A stretch of 63,814 nt of DNA, counting the filler, from Octopus bimaculoides (lineage: Eukaryota): the NCBI RefSeq assembly GCF_001194135.2. It is 5 parts of 5 records of this genome, joined end to end, with 100 filler letters (N's around TTAATTAATTAA, not from the genome) between each part and the next. Parts side by side here need not be neighbours in the genome. Positions count along the whole stretch, not along the records: positions 46,801 to 60,080 come from NC_068985.1; positions 60,181 to 62,673 come from NW_026436586.1; positions 62,774 to 63,814 come from NW_026302854.1; 2 more parts are not named here. One strand, 5' to 3'. The position numbers were made by a program, and so were the translations under genes. Position 1 is the stretch's first letter. The number at the start of each line of letters is the position of its first letter. Positions 51,992 through 63,814 of the stretch are shown here, piece by piece. A model generated the notes under the pieces. The model worked only from the letters and a program-made list of their open reading frames with translations. It made no database searches and was not told where the DNA came from.

Positions 51992-52544
51992 GACAAACAA
52001 ATCTCTGGGTCGCGTACATGGAATGTCGATTCGTGTATCAATAACAGTTGGTATTACTGTGTTCTTTGAAAAAAAAAGAAATGTTGCACCAGATGCTGAA
52101 AGGAACTGCAGTGCAAACTAAATTTGCAGCACAAAGACAACTTCCTGAGTGACAAATATACAAGCTTCAAGACAGAAAAACACTCATTCTTTTCCTATGA
52201 TTCTTAGAAGACATTTTAAACAGAAACGGCAACTTGTGTATCACTATTGAATGTGTTTCCTTCTCTTTCAGAAGTGAAAGTTCATCTGTTTATCACAAGA
52301 TTTCAATGTGTTACATTGTCTAATGTTTTTATGATTGTAGTATAAATACTCATTTATTGAGTCAACAAGATTATTTCTAAGTAGCAAGCAATGTGCTAGA
52401 AATGGCATATACAATCTCCTCCTATCAAACCATAATGTCTTTAAAAATGGACAAATTAATATACTTAACGATAAATTATTTGCAAGACTCACAGAAATGT
52501 TAGTGATGGGTTTCCATGTCAAGGGCATGATGTGTGGTCGTGTA

Positions 52545-52800
52545 TAATTTACCTTTGCGCATATGTTTATGTGTCAGGGCGCGTGATATAAAGGTTCAGG
52601 TTTTGCAGTCAGGATCATGAGATCGTCGTTTTACTTCGTGGACCAAGTGGTGTGCTGTGTTCTTGAGCAAAACACTTCACTTCACGTTGCTCTTCGATCA
52701 GTTCGCCACCTGACACGTACTACACTGTGCACTTGCTCAGGAAACGTCAATTTATTGGAGGCAGGGAGTTAATGTACAGCACAAACATTTGATCATTGCA
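52545..52800 (+). mobile_element. Degenerate tRNA-SINE-like repeat (another family)
   Basis: gtgttcttgagcaaaacacttcacttcacgttgctc core, typical of SINE central domains. Confidence 0.45.
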
Positions 52801-54132
52801 AATATTTTATCAGTAAGCAAATGTTGACCTCGAAGTTTGCTTAGTGGGTGCTAACCCAGGTTCAAATCTTTTTGCCATCAAGGTGTTATTGTTTTTTTTA
52901 CTTATTTATTTTTGCTCTTTGTTCTTTAAGAAGAAAGGTAGCTTCAAGCTACTTTTTACAAATCACTTTTGACACACTGTTTTCTAAACCTAAGAAAAGT
53001 AAGTAGGGGCGCAAATTTGATTTTGAAATATTTTAAGAGGTGCGCTTGCATCCACTTCACCCTATGTTCCCCGGCCCATGATTACACAAAAAATAATTTG
53101 CGCAGGATGTTCAACAAGAAATTGCAGAAAAGTCTTTCTCAGACTGCAAGGGCTATCATGGATAATGAAAAGTATGTGTAATGCATCTTTAGGCTCAACA
53201 TACCTAAATGTGAGTGTCTATCTGGATTGTGTTTGCAGATGTGTAGTGTTGTGCGTGCTCAGCAAATTAAATGCTGCTCTCCAGTAGGGACATGTTTGTG
53301 TGCATTAAAAAGGCACGTATATATGCTCAAGCAAGAATGTGGTCCTTAAAGAGAAACAATCATTTTGGATAGAATGAATTCCCCACATTTGCTTTTTTCA
53401 TTTCGTTTTATTTTTATTTATTTTTTTCTTATTCAGCCAGTATTCCTAGAAGGGAACGTTACCCTAAAATGTCTTCTTTTTTTTTCTAAGGAGGCCTGGT
53501 CATTCAAGAAAACGAAATGACCGAAGAAGTATTATGCATATGTGTGAATGTTTTCGCGAGAAAGTCGTGTGCATTTGTATAAGTAAATGTGTGTATGCGT
53601 CGTGCATGTACGTTTTTGTGTGTCCATGTGTTTGCTTGTGGATAAGTGTATGTGATTTTTGTTGACGACCAAAGGAAGAGAGTGTAGAGTCGTGAGTGCA
53701 TTTTGGTTTGAATAGCCGAAATTGAAGAACTGAATATCTGTGAATACGCGTGAAGTGTATGCTAGTATAAGTCTGTGTCTGGGTATGTATGTATGTATGT
53801 ATGTATGTATGTATGTATGTATGCATATGAGTGTCGTTACATTCGCACACGTGACAATGCATTTGTAACTTTTTCTGTATAAACAAATGAGGGAGTGAAT
53901 AGCATAAGCGGCGTATTTGTGCAAACGGTGCGCTTTTGTTATTGTATGTGCAACCAGGATCAGATACATGGGAGTGTTGGTTCTCGGAGTATATTTAGGG
54001 GGATGATGGGTGGTTCTATTTACTATTAATTTCCCTATCTACGGACTGCTTGCCGTTTCCAGCATTTCGTGCAGTTTTGTAACAAGTGAGAGGCAATTGT
54101 AATCCTTGTATACACAGGCATACACGCTTATA

Positions 54133-54357
54133 CAGGGGTTGGACAAAATAATGGAAACACTTTAAATTTCACACAAATTTATTTTAATATGGGGTAGGAC
54201 TGCCCTTGGCAGTAGTTAAAGCTTGAATTCTATGAGATATAGACTCGTACAAAGTTTGAATTGTTTCCAAAGGAATTTTTGTCCATTCTTCAGCTAAAAC
54301 AGCCTCCAGCTTTTGTAGTGATGATCGTGGAGGTTATCGACTCCTTACTTTCTTCCT
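54133..54357 (-). mobile_element. Tc1 element 3' end (TIR + transposase C-terminus)
   Basis: TA|CAGGGGTTGGACAAAATAATGG TIR; minus frame KVRSR*PPRSSLQKLEAVLAEEWTKIPLETIQTLYESISHRIQALTTAKGSPTPY*. Confidence 0.85.
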
Positions 54358-54900
54358 CGATGCAAGATTTGTATCTTGTGTTTCCTAACTTGTTTGTTCT
54401 CCAGGCTTCTATTCTGCTGAGATCTTGTCTTAGTCTTCACTTTATTTTGTAGTCTTCTTTTCCACATTTGCTCTTTTTTAATCTTCCCCTGTAAGATATC
54501 TAATCTTCTGGTGACTACCACCCCTCCTGCATAGATCAGTAAGTCAGTGTCTTCTATATTTTTAGTATCTATCCCACTGATAATATAATCTACTTTCCTA
54601 GTCATTCTCCGTAGCTTCCTTATGTTGGTGCCTTTTAATGCTGGCAATCTTTTTCTTACTTCTTTACTCATAATTTCCTGTAACTCATCTAAAGATTTCT
54701 GATCTTCCTCACTGAAGATTCTGTTGTATGAATTATTATTATTGTCGTTGTTATTATTATTATTAATGTTATTATTGTTGTTATTATTCTGAGAGACTCT
54801 CGGATAGTTCTTAATTACCGGTCATTCTTTACTTGAAAGCAGGCAATATCAAATCGATGTCCGTTAGCCTGTGAAGTCATACATGTTGGAGCTTCGTAAA
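54358..54900 (-). mobile_element. R4/Dong-like LINE ORF fragment (pre-RT region)
   Basis: RLPALK..KL......DTDLLIYAGGVVV..RL......MWKRRLQNKV resembles the region upstream of RT in R4/Dong elements. The GC-richer sequence to ~55830 may belong to the same element (uncertain). Confidence 0.65.
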
Positions 54901-56048
54901 TTATAAGTGTTTAATCAAGCATTTCGGTTGGTTGTAGCCCGTTCATTCCAAATTTTATTTAACAAGTATTTTGCTTGCGTTGTCTGGATCTTGGTGGTAA
55001 CATTTCGCGTAATTTCACCCATTTTTGGCGGGTGTAAGAATAGTTTTGCATTTTTGCATTTTTGGCGAAGACAGGATTTTGCTCATTGTTTCAATTTTAA
55101 GAAGTGTCGGAATACGAAAAAATAATTATAATCGACCAAGAGCAGTGTTCTGTTGACTCCGACCAAGAGCAGCGTTCTGCTGAAACTCCAACAACAAGCA
55201 CAGCCGAAGATGGAATGAATCTCTTGCCAAAGAGAAATATAATTTCCTCTTGTTTCTATGACTGTCAGACCGGATTGTCCGTGGTGCACGCCGAGCGACG
55301 AAACCGTTCTGCATGCACTCGTTCAGTGTCCGGCAATTACTGACTTGTAGAGTTATGTCAAACAGTTGTTGTCGCGTGTGGGACCGATCCGTCTGTTGTC
55401 CGAGTCCATAGTGATGATTGTCCCGCTGCCCTCCTTTAATCGGGCAGGCAAGGTAGTTTTCCTTTGTCTGGTTGCTGTGGCGAAAGAGGTTANNNNNNNN
55501 NNGCAAGGTAGTTTTCCTTTGTCTTGTTGCTGTGGCGAAAGAGGTTATCTGGTGGATGATGCTGACAAGAATGAGGTCAGAGACATTCTTCAATAGTAAA
55601 GCCCTCGTTTCACTTGAAAAGGAAAGTGAGGGTACAGAGGGAGGTGCTGTCCTCCAGTGAATTTATGAAAAGGTGGGTGAAAGTGGGGAACATGGCAAGA
55701 CTGGATGGTACTACTCCCAGTGTAGATCTATGAGTAGGAGGAAAGGAGTTGGAAAAGGTATTTGTCAGTGGTATTCAGGAGGATCTTAGATGGTGGGGTT
55801 TCTCGATGAGGTCCTCCTGTATCAGGAGAACCCCTCCCCATTACAATTCTTTCATTTTTCTTATTGCTATATATTGAGTATACTTCACTTCTTTTAATGT
55901 ATACTGTATATACTTTTTTTCATTCCATTATATATAAAAACCACACTTTATCTCTGCCTTTGTATTGTCCCCCTCATCTTTCGCTCATTATTATTATTAT
56001 TATTATTAAGGCGGTGAACTAGGATATACATACATACACACATACGTA

Positions 56049-56114
<66 letters not shown>

Positions 56115-57138
56115 TGTATGTATGTATGTATATATGTATATAACCTGGAAAAATGCAAGCAAGAGAAATAATATTCTTAAGATTACAAACACAGAAAAGT
56201 CCATGACAAGTTACTACACTTGGAAAAGTTCAGGCCAAGATATTACATCTGGAAAAGTATTGAACAAGAACATTTTTCGTTAATATATTGCAGCTAAGGA
56301 TAGAATTTGAAGTAAAATATTTAGAGCTAGAAAATTTTAGCCTTTCTTAAAACTAAAAAATTATTACTTCTATTTGTTGTTACTTGTTACATCTATTAAA
56401 AATAAAAAGTAACTCAAAATATTTTTTGCACTTTAAAAAAATTCAGATTTTAAATTAATTATTAATTAGAAATTTAAAAATAGATTATAAAAAATAGTAG
56501 TCGTACATAATTAGTTAGTACAATAAATAGAATAATACAAAAATTAGTTATGTATTACAGTAAAATCTATTTATGACAACAACTTCACAGTAACATTGGA
56601 GTTATTGCCTAAGCTATTGTCAATTCTTCACATTTTTAATCTTGACCCAATGTCTACTTTTTACATAATGAATTTGCCTACCATATATAGTATTCTATTT
56701 TGCATAAAACTTTAGCTATGTTGGTACTTCTGGCTCCTATTTTCTATCTATCATTAACAAAATGATATTACCTTTTTTAACTATAATGTTTCTTTCTAAA
56801 TTAAAATCAAATCATTTTTAATATTTGAAGTTTATCTTTTACTACAATATTTTAAGTTTACTACAATATTTTCATATTTTACTTCACAACTTTTTTCATA
56901 AAAATGATGGTTGCATGGGACAAAAACTACGAATATCCTCAAGTTTCCTTCAATCATTGAAGCTAAGAGAAATATATCTTGATTTTAATGTTATTTAGAT
57001 CTAAACCTGATTCGAAGCGTTACTTACTCTCCTGTAACTTTGCTACCAATGTTGATGTAAACTTTGTTCTACTGGACCAATTATCAATTTTCTATGCCAA
57101 AATGTAACTAGGGACCACTCCTCTTGAAAAATATTAAC

Positions 57139-57390
57139 AGGCGTAGGAGTGGCTGTGTGGTAAGTAGCTTGCTTACCAACCACATGGTTCCAGGTTCAGT
57201 CCCACTGCGTGGCACCTTGGGCAAGTGTCTTCTACTATAGCCTCGGGCCGACCAAAGCCTTGTGAGTGGATTTGGTAGACGGAAACTGAAAGAAGCCCGT
57301 CGTATATNNNNNNNNNNNNNNNNNNNNNNNNNNNNNNNNNNNNNNNNNNNNNNNNNNNNNNNNNNNNNNNNNNNNNNNNNNNNNNNNNNN

Positions 57391-57430
<40 letters not shown>

Positions 57431-57646
57431 GTGTTTGTGTGTCTGTGTTTGTCCCCCGACCATCGCTTGACAACCGATGCTGGTGTGTTTACGTCCCCGT
57501 AACGAAGCGGTTCGGCAAAAAGAGACCGATAGAATAAGTACTGGGCTTCCAAAGAATAAGTCCTGGGGTCGATCTGCTCGACTAAAGGTGGTGCTCCAGC
57601 AGGGCCGCAGTCAAATGACTGAAACAAGTAAAAGAGTAAAAGAGTA
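57139..57646 (+). mobile_element. Full-length tRNA-SINE family B
   Basis: A-box-like GTGGCTGTGTGGTAAG, B-box-like GGTTCAGTCCC, internal TA/TG tract, tail (GTAAAAGA)n; at least 8 related copies in the window. Confidence 0.9.
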
Positions 57647-57740
57647 ACTGAATTACTGACAAGCTCTTAACGATGCTGAGTGTGTGTAAATTGCGGCCTT
57701 AAAATATATATATATAATATTAGCTGATTTTAAAACTCTG

Positions 57741-58420
57741 AGAGAGATTCACATAGTAACAGTACTAGACAGTAAAGGCTGTTGCCACATTTTACGTGGC
57801 TGTTCTATGCAGAACAAATGTTACTGTATTTTAACCCAAGGAAAACATCTGTTCCTGCTGTCTAACGTCATACAACCTGTGTCTGTTTAATTGTGAGTAA
57901 AGGAGAGAACCACTCTCACTCCAGCAAAGCAAAACCAGTGCTAGTTTCTGGATTCCTTCTCGTCCTCAGTACTGGACGTTTGCTTGCTAGAGATGGCAGC
58001 TATTCGTCGTTGCTAGCAATATATAAACAAAGGAACGACTATCAGTCGCTGATCTTGTAAAAAGCTAATGGAGTTGGTGCAAATCCCTAGGAGAGATTCA
58101 CATAATAACAGTACTAAACAGTAAAAGCTGTTGCCAAATTTTACGTGGCTGTTCTATGCAAAACAAATGTTGTTATATATTAACCCAGGAGAACATCTTT
58201 TTCCGCTGGCTAACGACACACGACCTGTGTCTAGTACTGAGAACGGGAAGGAGCATAGAAAATAGTCTGCTAATTTTGCTCTGACGGAGTGGGATTGTTT
58301 CGTTCCTCGCTCACAATAAAACAGACACAGTGGGAAAAGATGTTTTCCTCAAATTACAATATAGGAACATTTGTTCTGCATAGAACAACCACGTATAATG
58401 TTGCAACTGCCTTTACTCTG
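57741..58420. repeat. Composite of two direct ~145-bp copies and one inverted ~100-bp copy
   Basis: 57741-57885 resembles 58090-58232; 58321-58418 is the reverse complement of the same unit. Confidence 0.8.
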
Positions 58421-58547
58421 TGTGTGTGTGTGTGTGTNNNNNNNNNNNNNNNNNNNNNNNNNNNNNNNNNNNNNNNNNNNNNNNNNNNNNNNNNNNNNNN
58501 NNNNNNNNNNNNNNNNNNNNNNNNNNNNNNNNNNNNNNNNNNNNNNN

Positions 58548-58605
<58 letters not shown>

Positions 58606-58972
58606 GGATGGATAGATAAATGGATGGGTATCGGAATTTGCAGAAATGTTAAGAGAACATTAATAACCTCTAACATTTAAAAAATACAACCAATAAGCAT
58701 AAATCGAAATACTGATGATACTCGTTATATTTTTCTTTGTCTATTCTAAGATGACTTTTCTTTTCTTTATCATTGTTTATTAATCTTGTTAATTATGAAC
58801 CTGATACCTGCAAGAAAAACCTAAAGCTCACTGGGTTAATTAATTAATTCAGAATTCCGCTGCCAAGTTGCTTTTTCTCCAATTGCATTCAAAATATACC
58901 CTCTCTCCTTCTTTCTTATGTATGTGCGTGTATGCCTATATTCACATAAATACATATAGATATAAACATACA

Positions 58973-59033
<61 letters not shown>

Positions 59034-59041
59034 GTGTGGCG

Positions 59042-60080
59042 TTAGCAAAGAAACTAATTTTGCTTTTTGAGTGTGAAATAAAAGTCATTTTTTTTCATAC
59101 AAATAATAAACTTTAATGAATTATATATTTTCCATCTTGTTCGATGACCTTTGCCGTATTTCTGGCAAGTTCATGATTCCGCGCTCATAGAATTCCTGGT
59201 CCTTATCAACCAAAAACTGAAGCAAGTGCGATTTCAGGTCATCGTCATTATGGAAAGCTTTACCATTCAAAGAATAATCTGGTGGTTCAAGGTCAGGGCT
59301 ATATGGTGGATGTGACATCACTTCCCAACCAAACTGCAATAATTATTTACGGGTTAGCAAAGACATGTGTGGTCTAGCGTTGTCATCGAACACGATTCCT
59401 TTACGATTTGCCAGTTCTGACCGTTTTTCTTTGATTGCTACGTTCAGTGTCATTAGTCGTTGACAGTAAACATCTGAATTGATTGTTTGGTTCCCTAGAA
59501 AGGACTAAAAAAAACACCGTGGTTATCCCCCAAAATTGACAGCATTACCTTTTTAATGCAACTCAGCTTTCGATGTGATTTGTTCTGGTTCATTACACTT
59601 GGACCATGATGGTTTTCAATTGATGTTATTGTAGACAATCCATTTTTCATCACCAGAGATGATTCAGTTCAAAAACGGTTGATTTCATTGCGATTGAGAT
59701 GGATATCTTAAATATTGATTCAATGTGTTAAGTGAATCTCTTTCAATTTATGTAGAACGCAAATATCGAGCTTCTTAATGAGTCCAGTTATGTCAATCTG
59801 ATTCACTTATAGCTTTTATTCGGTCATCATCAACTTTAGTAGGTCGACCAGAATGTTGGTCATTTTTGAGATAAAATACTCCACAACGGATTTTTTTCAG
59901 CCGTTTCTGTTAAGTAATCAACATCATAAACTTCACATACCTCTTTGTGAGCCTCAGCAGCTTTTTTGCCTTTATAGAAATAAAAAAGCAAAATATGGTG
60001 AAGACGTTGGTTTTTGCACTCCATGTTAAAATTAACAAGGAACTGACAGCTGTAACCAAATTACGGACAATTTGCTTCTA
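59042..60080 (-). mobile_element. Decayed mariner transposase (Hsmar1/Mos1-like)
   Basis: MECKNQRLHHILLF... at the 5' end, HSGRPTKVDDD, WFP(WVP), FGWEVMSHPPYSPDLEPPDY, FYERGIMNLP; many frameshifts. Confidence 0.9.
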
Positions 60081-60278
60081 NNNNNNNNNNNNNNNNNNNN
60101 NNNNNNNNNNNNNNNNNNNNNNNNTTAATTAATTAANNNNNNNNNNNNNNNNNNNNNNNNNNNNNNNNNNNNNNNNNNNNATATATATATATAATATATA
60201 TATATATAACCTTTTTCCAGTGACGAAAAGTCACTGATCTCGAAAAAGTGTAAACAAACAATAATAATATATATAAGC

Positions 60279-60314
<36 letters not shown>

Positions 60315-61794
60315 GTGGGATCGATTTACCCGACGACATCCTTCTAGGCGGTGCTGGAGCATGGCCGCAGTCCAATGACTGAAACGAGTTAAAGAATAAA
60401 GGAATTAAAGAATAAAAGTAGAATATACACATACAATCATATATGTCAATATTGATGTATCAAGAACACACAAACTGTCTGTTTCTGTTCTTATATATGT
60501 CCGCGTGCTTGTTTTTCACCTAGCTATTTGCTTGTTTAACTAAAGATTAAATATCACACATTGCTTAAGTGTCTCTTTATTGATGTAAATCCTTTTTAGA
60601 CATAGGTCACTTGGAGTGTTGGTGTTGTACGAAAACTATTGTCGACCTTCTACGTGAATTTCTATGGTTTTTATTATTGTTGATGTTTTTGTAGTTTTCT
60701 CCTATTATTTATCAATGTATTTATTATATATTTTCTGACACACTCCTACACACCTCGCTCCTCTCTCTTCTACCTCTTCCTTTATATTCTTTCTCTCTCG
60801 CCCTCTTTCTCACAATATATATATATATGTAGCGTGTGTTTGGGTATAAATATATGCAAATATATATATATATATATATATATANNNNNNNNNNNNNNNN
60901 NNNNNNNNNNNNNNNNNNNNNNNNNNNNNNNNNNNNNNNNNNNNNNNNNNNNNNNNNNNNNNNNNNNNNNNNNNNNNNNNNNNNNNNNNNNNNNNNNNNN
61001 NNNNNNNNNNNNNNNNNNNNNNNNNNNNNNNNNNNNNNNNNNNNNNNNNNNNNNNNNNNNNNNNNNNNNNNNNNNNNNNNNNNNNNNNNNNNNNNNNNNN
61101 NNNNNNNNNNNNNNNNNNNNNNNNNNNNNNNNNNNNNNNNNNNNNNNNNNNNNNNNNNNNNNNNNNNNNNNNNNNNNNNNNNNNNNNNNNNNNNNNNNNN
61201 NNNNNNNNNNNNNNNNNNNNNNNNNNNNNNNNNNNNNNNNNNNNNNNNNNNNNNNNNNNNNNNNNNNNNNNNNNNNNNNNNNNNNNNNNNNNNNNNNNNN
61301 NNNNNNNNNNNNNNNNNNNNNNNNNNNNNNNNNNNNNNNNNNNNNNNNNNNNNNNNNNNNNNNNNNNNNNNNNNNNNNNNNNNNNNNNNNNNNNNNNNNN
61401 NNNNNNNNNNNNNNNNNNNNNNNNNNNNNNNNNNNNNNNNNNNNNNNNNNNNNNNNNNNNNNNNNNNNNNNNNNNNNNNNNNNNNNNNNNNNNNNNNNNN
61501 NNNNNNNNNNNNNNNNNNNNNNNNNNNNNNNNNNNNNNNNNNNNNNNNNNNNNNNNNNNNNNNNNNNNNNNNNNNNNNNNNNNNNNNNNNNNNNNNNNNN
61601 NNNNNNNNNNNNNNNNNNNNNNNNNNNNNNNNNNNNNNNNNNNNNNNNNNNNNNNNNNNNNNNNNNNNNNNNNNNNNNNNNNNNNNNNNNNNNNNNNNNN
61701 NNNNNNNNNNNNNNNNNNNNNNNNNNNNNNNNNNNNNNNNNNNNNNNNNNNNNNNNNNNNNNNNNNNNNNNNNNNNNNNNNNNNNNNNNATATA

Positions 61795-61866
61795 TGATTT
61801 AATGGATATATATATAGAACACAAAGATTTAATGGATATATATAGAACACAAAGATTTAATGGATA
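61795..61866. repeat. ~28-30-bp tandem repeat (GATTTAATGGATATATATAGAACACAAA), at least 2 units plus a partial
   Basis: Visible at the gap edge; may continue into the N run. Confidence 0.8.
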
Positions 61867-61878
61867 CAAATTAAGTTA

Positions 61879-62146
61879 TTAATTAGTCAACATATTCACC
61901 TACAATTGTTTCCTTTCAGAAGCAAAATTAAAATTACAAGACATATATTTTGTGTGGAAAATCATCAGGGTGTACGAAGGTCGATAAGGATTACGTATCC
62001 TAATGTAATCCTTATTGTCCTTTGCACACCTTGATGATTTTCCATGCAAGGTATTTAAAATGCAAAATATAAATTTATATATATTTTGTAATATTAATTT
62101 TGTCTGCGAAATGCAACAATTGTAGGTGAATATGTTGATTAATTAA
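61879..62146. mobile_element. AT-rich palindromic MITE-like element (~265 bp)
   Basis: TCAACATATTCACCTACAATTGTT at the left end and its reverse complement at the right; imperfect symmetry continues to a central hairpin ATAAGGATTAC/GTAATCCTTAT. TTAA on both sides. Confidence 0.8.
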
Positions 62147-62402
62147 TAAATTAACTTGTATCAATTAGATCTCTCTAACTAGATAATAATGTTTGGCATT
62201 TTGCGATACTTCATATAATATACTCATTGAAGAAATATCTCTTCGAAATATAATACAATAAACCAGTGTACATTGGATAAATATCCCTAGGTCGCTTTCC
62301 GATTGAACTACATTCTGCCGAGTACCTGCTGGGGGTGCCGTACCAGTGAATTTAGCAGACGAAAACTCTTTGGAAGTCTATTGTGTACATATATAGAGAT
62401 AG

Positions 62403-62465
<63 letters not shown>

Positions 62466-62479
62466 NNNNNNNNNNNNNN

Positions 62480-62522
<43 letters not shown>

Positions 62523-62889
62523 CACACATATATTTATATACATATGCACACATATATATAAAATAAACACACATATATACAAATAAACACACACGCATAC
62601 GCACACTTACACGCGCACACATGTATATAAATATATGTACATCCATGTATGCATATGTATTTATATATACATANNNNNNNNNNNNNNNNNNNNNNNNNNN
62701 NNNNNNNNNNNNNNNNNTTAATTAATTAANNNNNNNNNNNNNNNNNNNNNNNNNNNNNNNNNNNNNNNNNNNNATTATCTTCTCTGTGTTTTAGTCATTA
62801 GACTGACTGCGACCATGCTGGGACATTGCCTTGAAGGATGTTATTCGATCGATTTGATCCCACCACTAAGAACAAAAAATAAGAAAAAG

Positions 62890-63530
62890 TGCCTGAATTC
62901 ATCCAAGGATGGGGATACAGATGAGCAACTTAGACGCAACAACAGGTGCATAGCGGGGAAATTAACACTGAAGATATCATTCGCATCATAAGCAGATATC
63001 CTAAAATATCGCCGTGATACTGTTTATCTAAGAGAGGTGATGTCGCGTCCTAAACGTTGTACGATGTAATCAATAGAAAAGATTTTTCCACGGATAAATA
63101 TATTAAAATAATTCATCGTGATGTGAAGAGCACATACTGACTCATAATATGATAGAATACTGATGAAATGTTCTAAAGCAAAGCCTCAGTAAAATGAATG
63201 CCTAACACACCAGACATTATGATCTTGGACTAAGAAAAGGAAGCGTACGCATTAGTGGAAATAAATCACTGAGTAAATATTAATGCACTATTAAGGTTAA
63301 GTTTAAAAGTAAACCTCTATGTGGAAATAGTGGGAACTATTCAGCTATTGGACACGGGCTAAGGTTTTTAGATTGATATCAGTTTGGGGAACTTAGTTAT
63401 GTAACTAACTGCTTATGAACAAATCTTCAGAAACTGCGCTTCACAAAACCCGAAAGGACACGGAACATTAGAGAATCATAATTAGAAGCCATTAATAGCA
63501 TTGTGAAAATGTGTGAAATATTCCAGAAGT
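62890..63530 (+). mobile_element. Decayed C-terminus of an RLE-type non-LTR retrotransposon
   Basis: EDIIRIISRYPKISP*Y...GDVA (degenerate CCHC region), NTPDIMILD*EK...LVEI (PD-(D/E)xK nuclease), GELSYV..CL..NLQKLRF...IVKMCEIFQKF. Confidence 0.65.
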
Positions 63531-63675
63531 TTAGTCACCAATAATGCAGACACGTAAATGTAAACATACAAACTGCATATGTATATATACGTATGTCAAC
63601 ACGTGTAGATCAACACATGCAACGATATCCATGTTTGCACACACACACACACGTGTTCAAATATATATACAGACA

Positions 63676-63715
<40 letters not shown>

Positions 63716-63814
63716 CACACACACATCTATACATGCAGAGATACATCCATATGCATAAACACACACATACATTGTTGGCACTCCGTCGCTTACGACGTCG
63801 AGGGTTCCAGTTGA

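Noticed and set aside
57139-57215. tRNA gene
   Set aside because: It has A/B-box-like motifs but no full cloverleaf and continues into a SINE body; treated as a SINE head.

Overview
AT-rich, microsatellite-dense animal genomic DNA with many N gaps. The SINE families and TTAGGG repeats point to a cephalopod, probably Octopus (inference from recalled repeat sequences, no search run). No intact, nameable protein-coding gene could be recognised. Identifiable content is mostly decayed mobile DNA: a Neptune-type Penelope-like element (RT + GIY-YIG, ~47.2-49.4 kb), short Penelope-type terminal repeats with a minimal hammerhead ribozyme motif (277-322, inverted pair at 1.8-2.0 kb), two mariner relics and a mariner MITE, Tc1 fragments, a hATm-like transposase relic, RTE and RLE-type LINE fragments, Helitron/Helentron-like pieces and many tRNA-SINE copies. 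The most distinctive objects are a 201-bp GC-rich foldback MITE with a 9-bp TSD and inward telomeric repeats (38580-38780), the hammerhead motif, and two CpG-depleted domains (~29.4-36 and ~39.5-45.9 kb) flanking a CpG-rich island (~37.2-38 kb). That CpG pattern suggests methylated host gene bodies and a promoter; only low-confidence candidate exons were found. TTAATTAATTAA linkers inside N runs and duplicated flanks at 10-N gaps are assembly artefacts. I found no convincing wholly new biological system.
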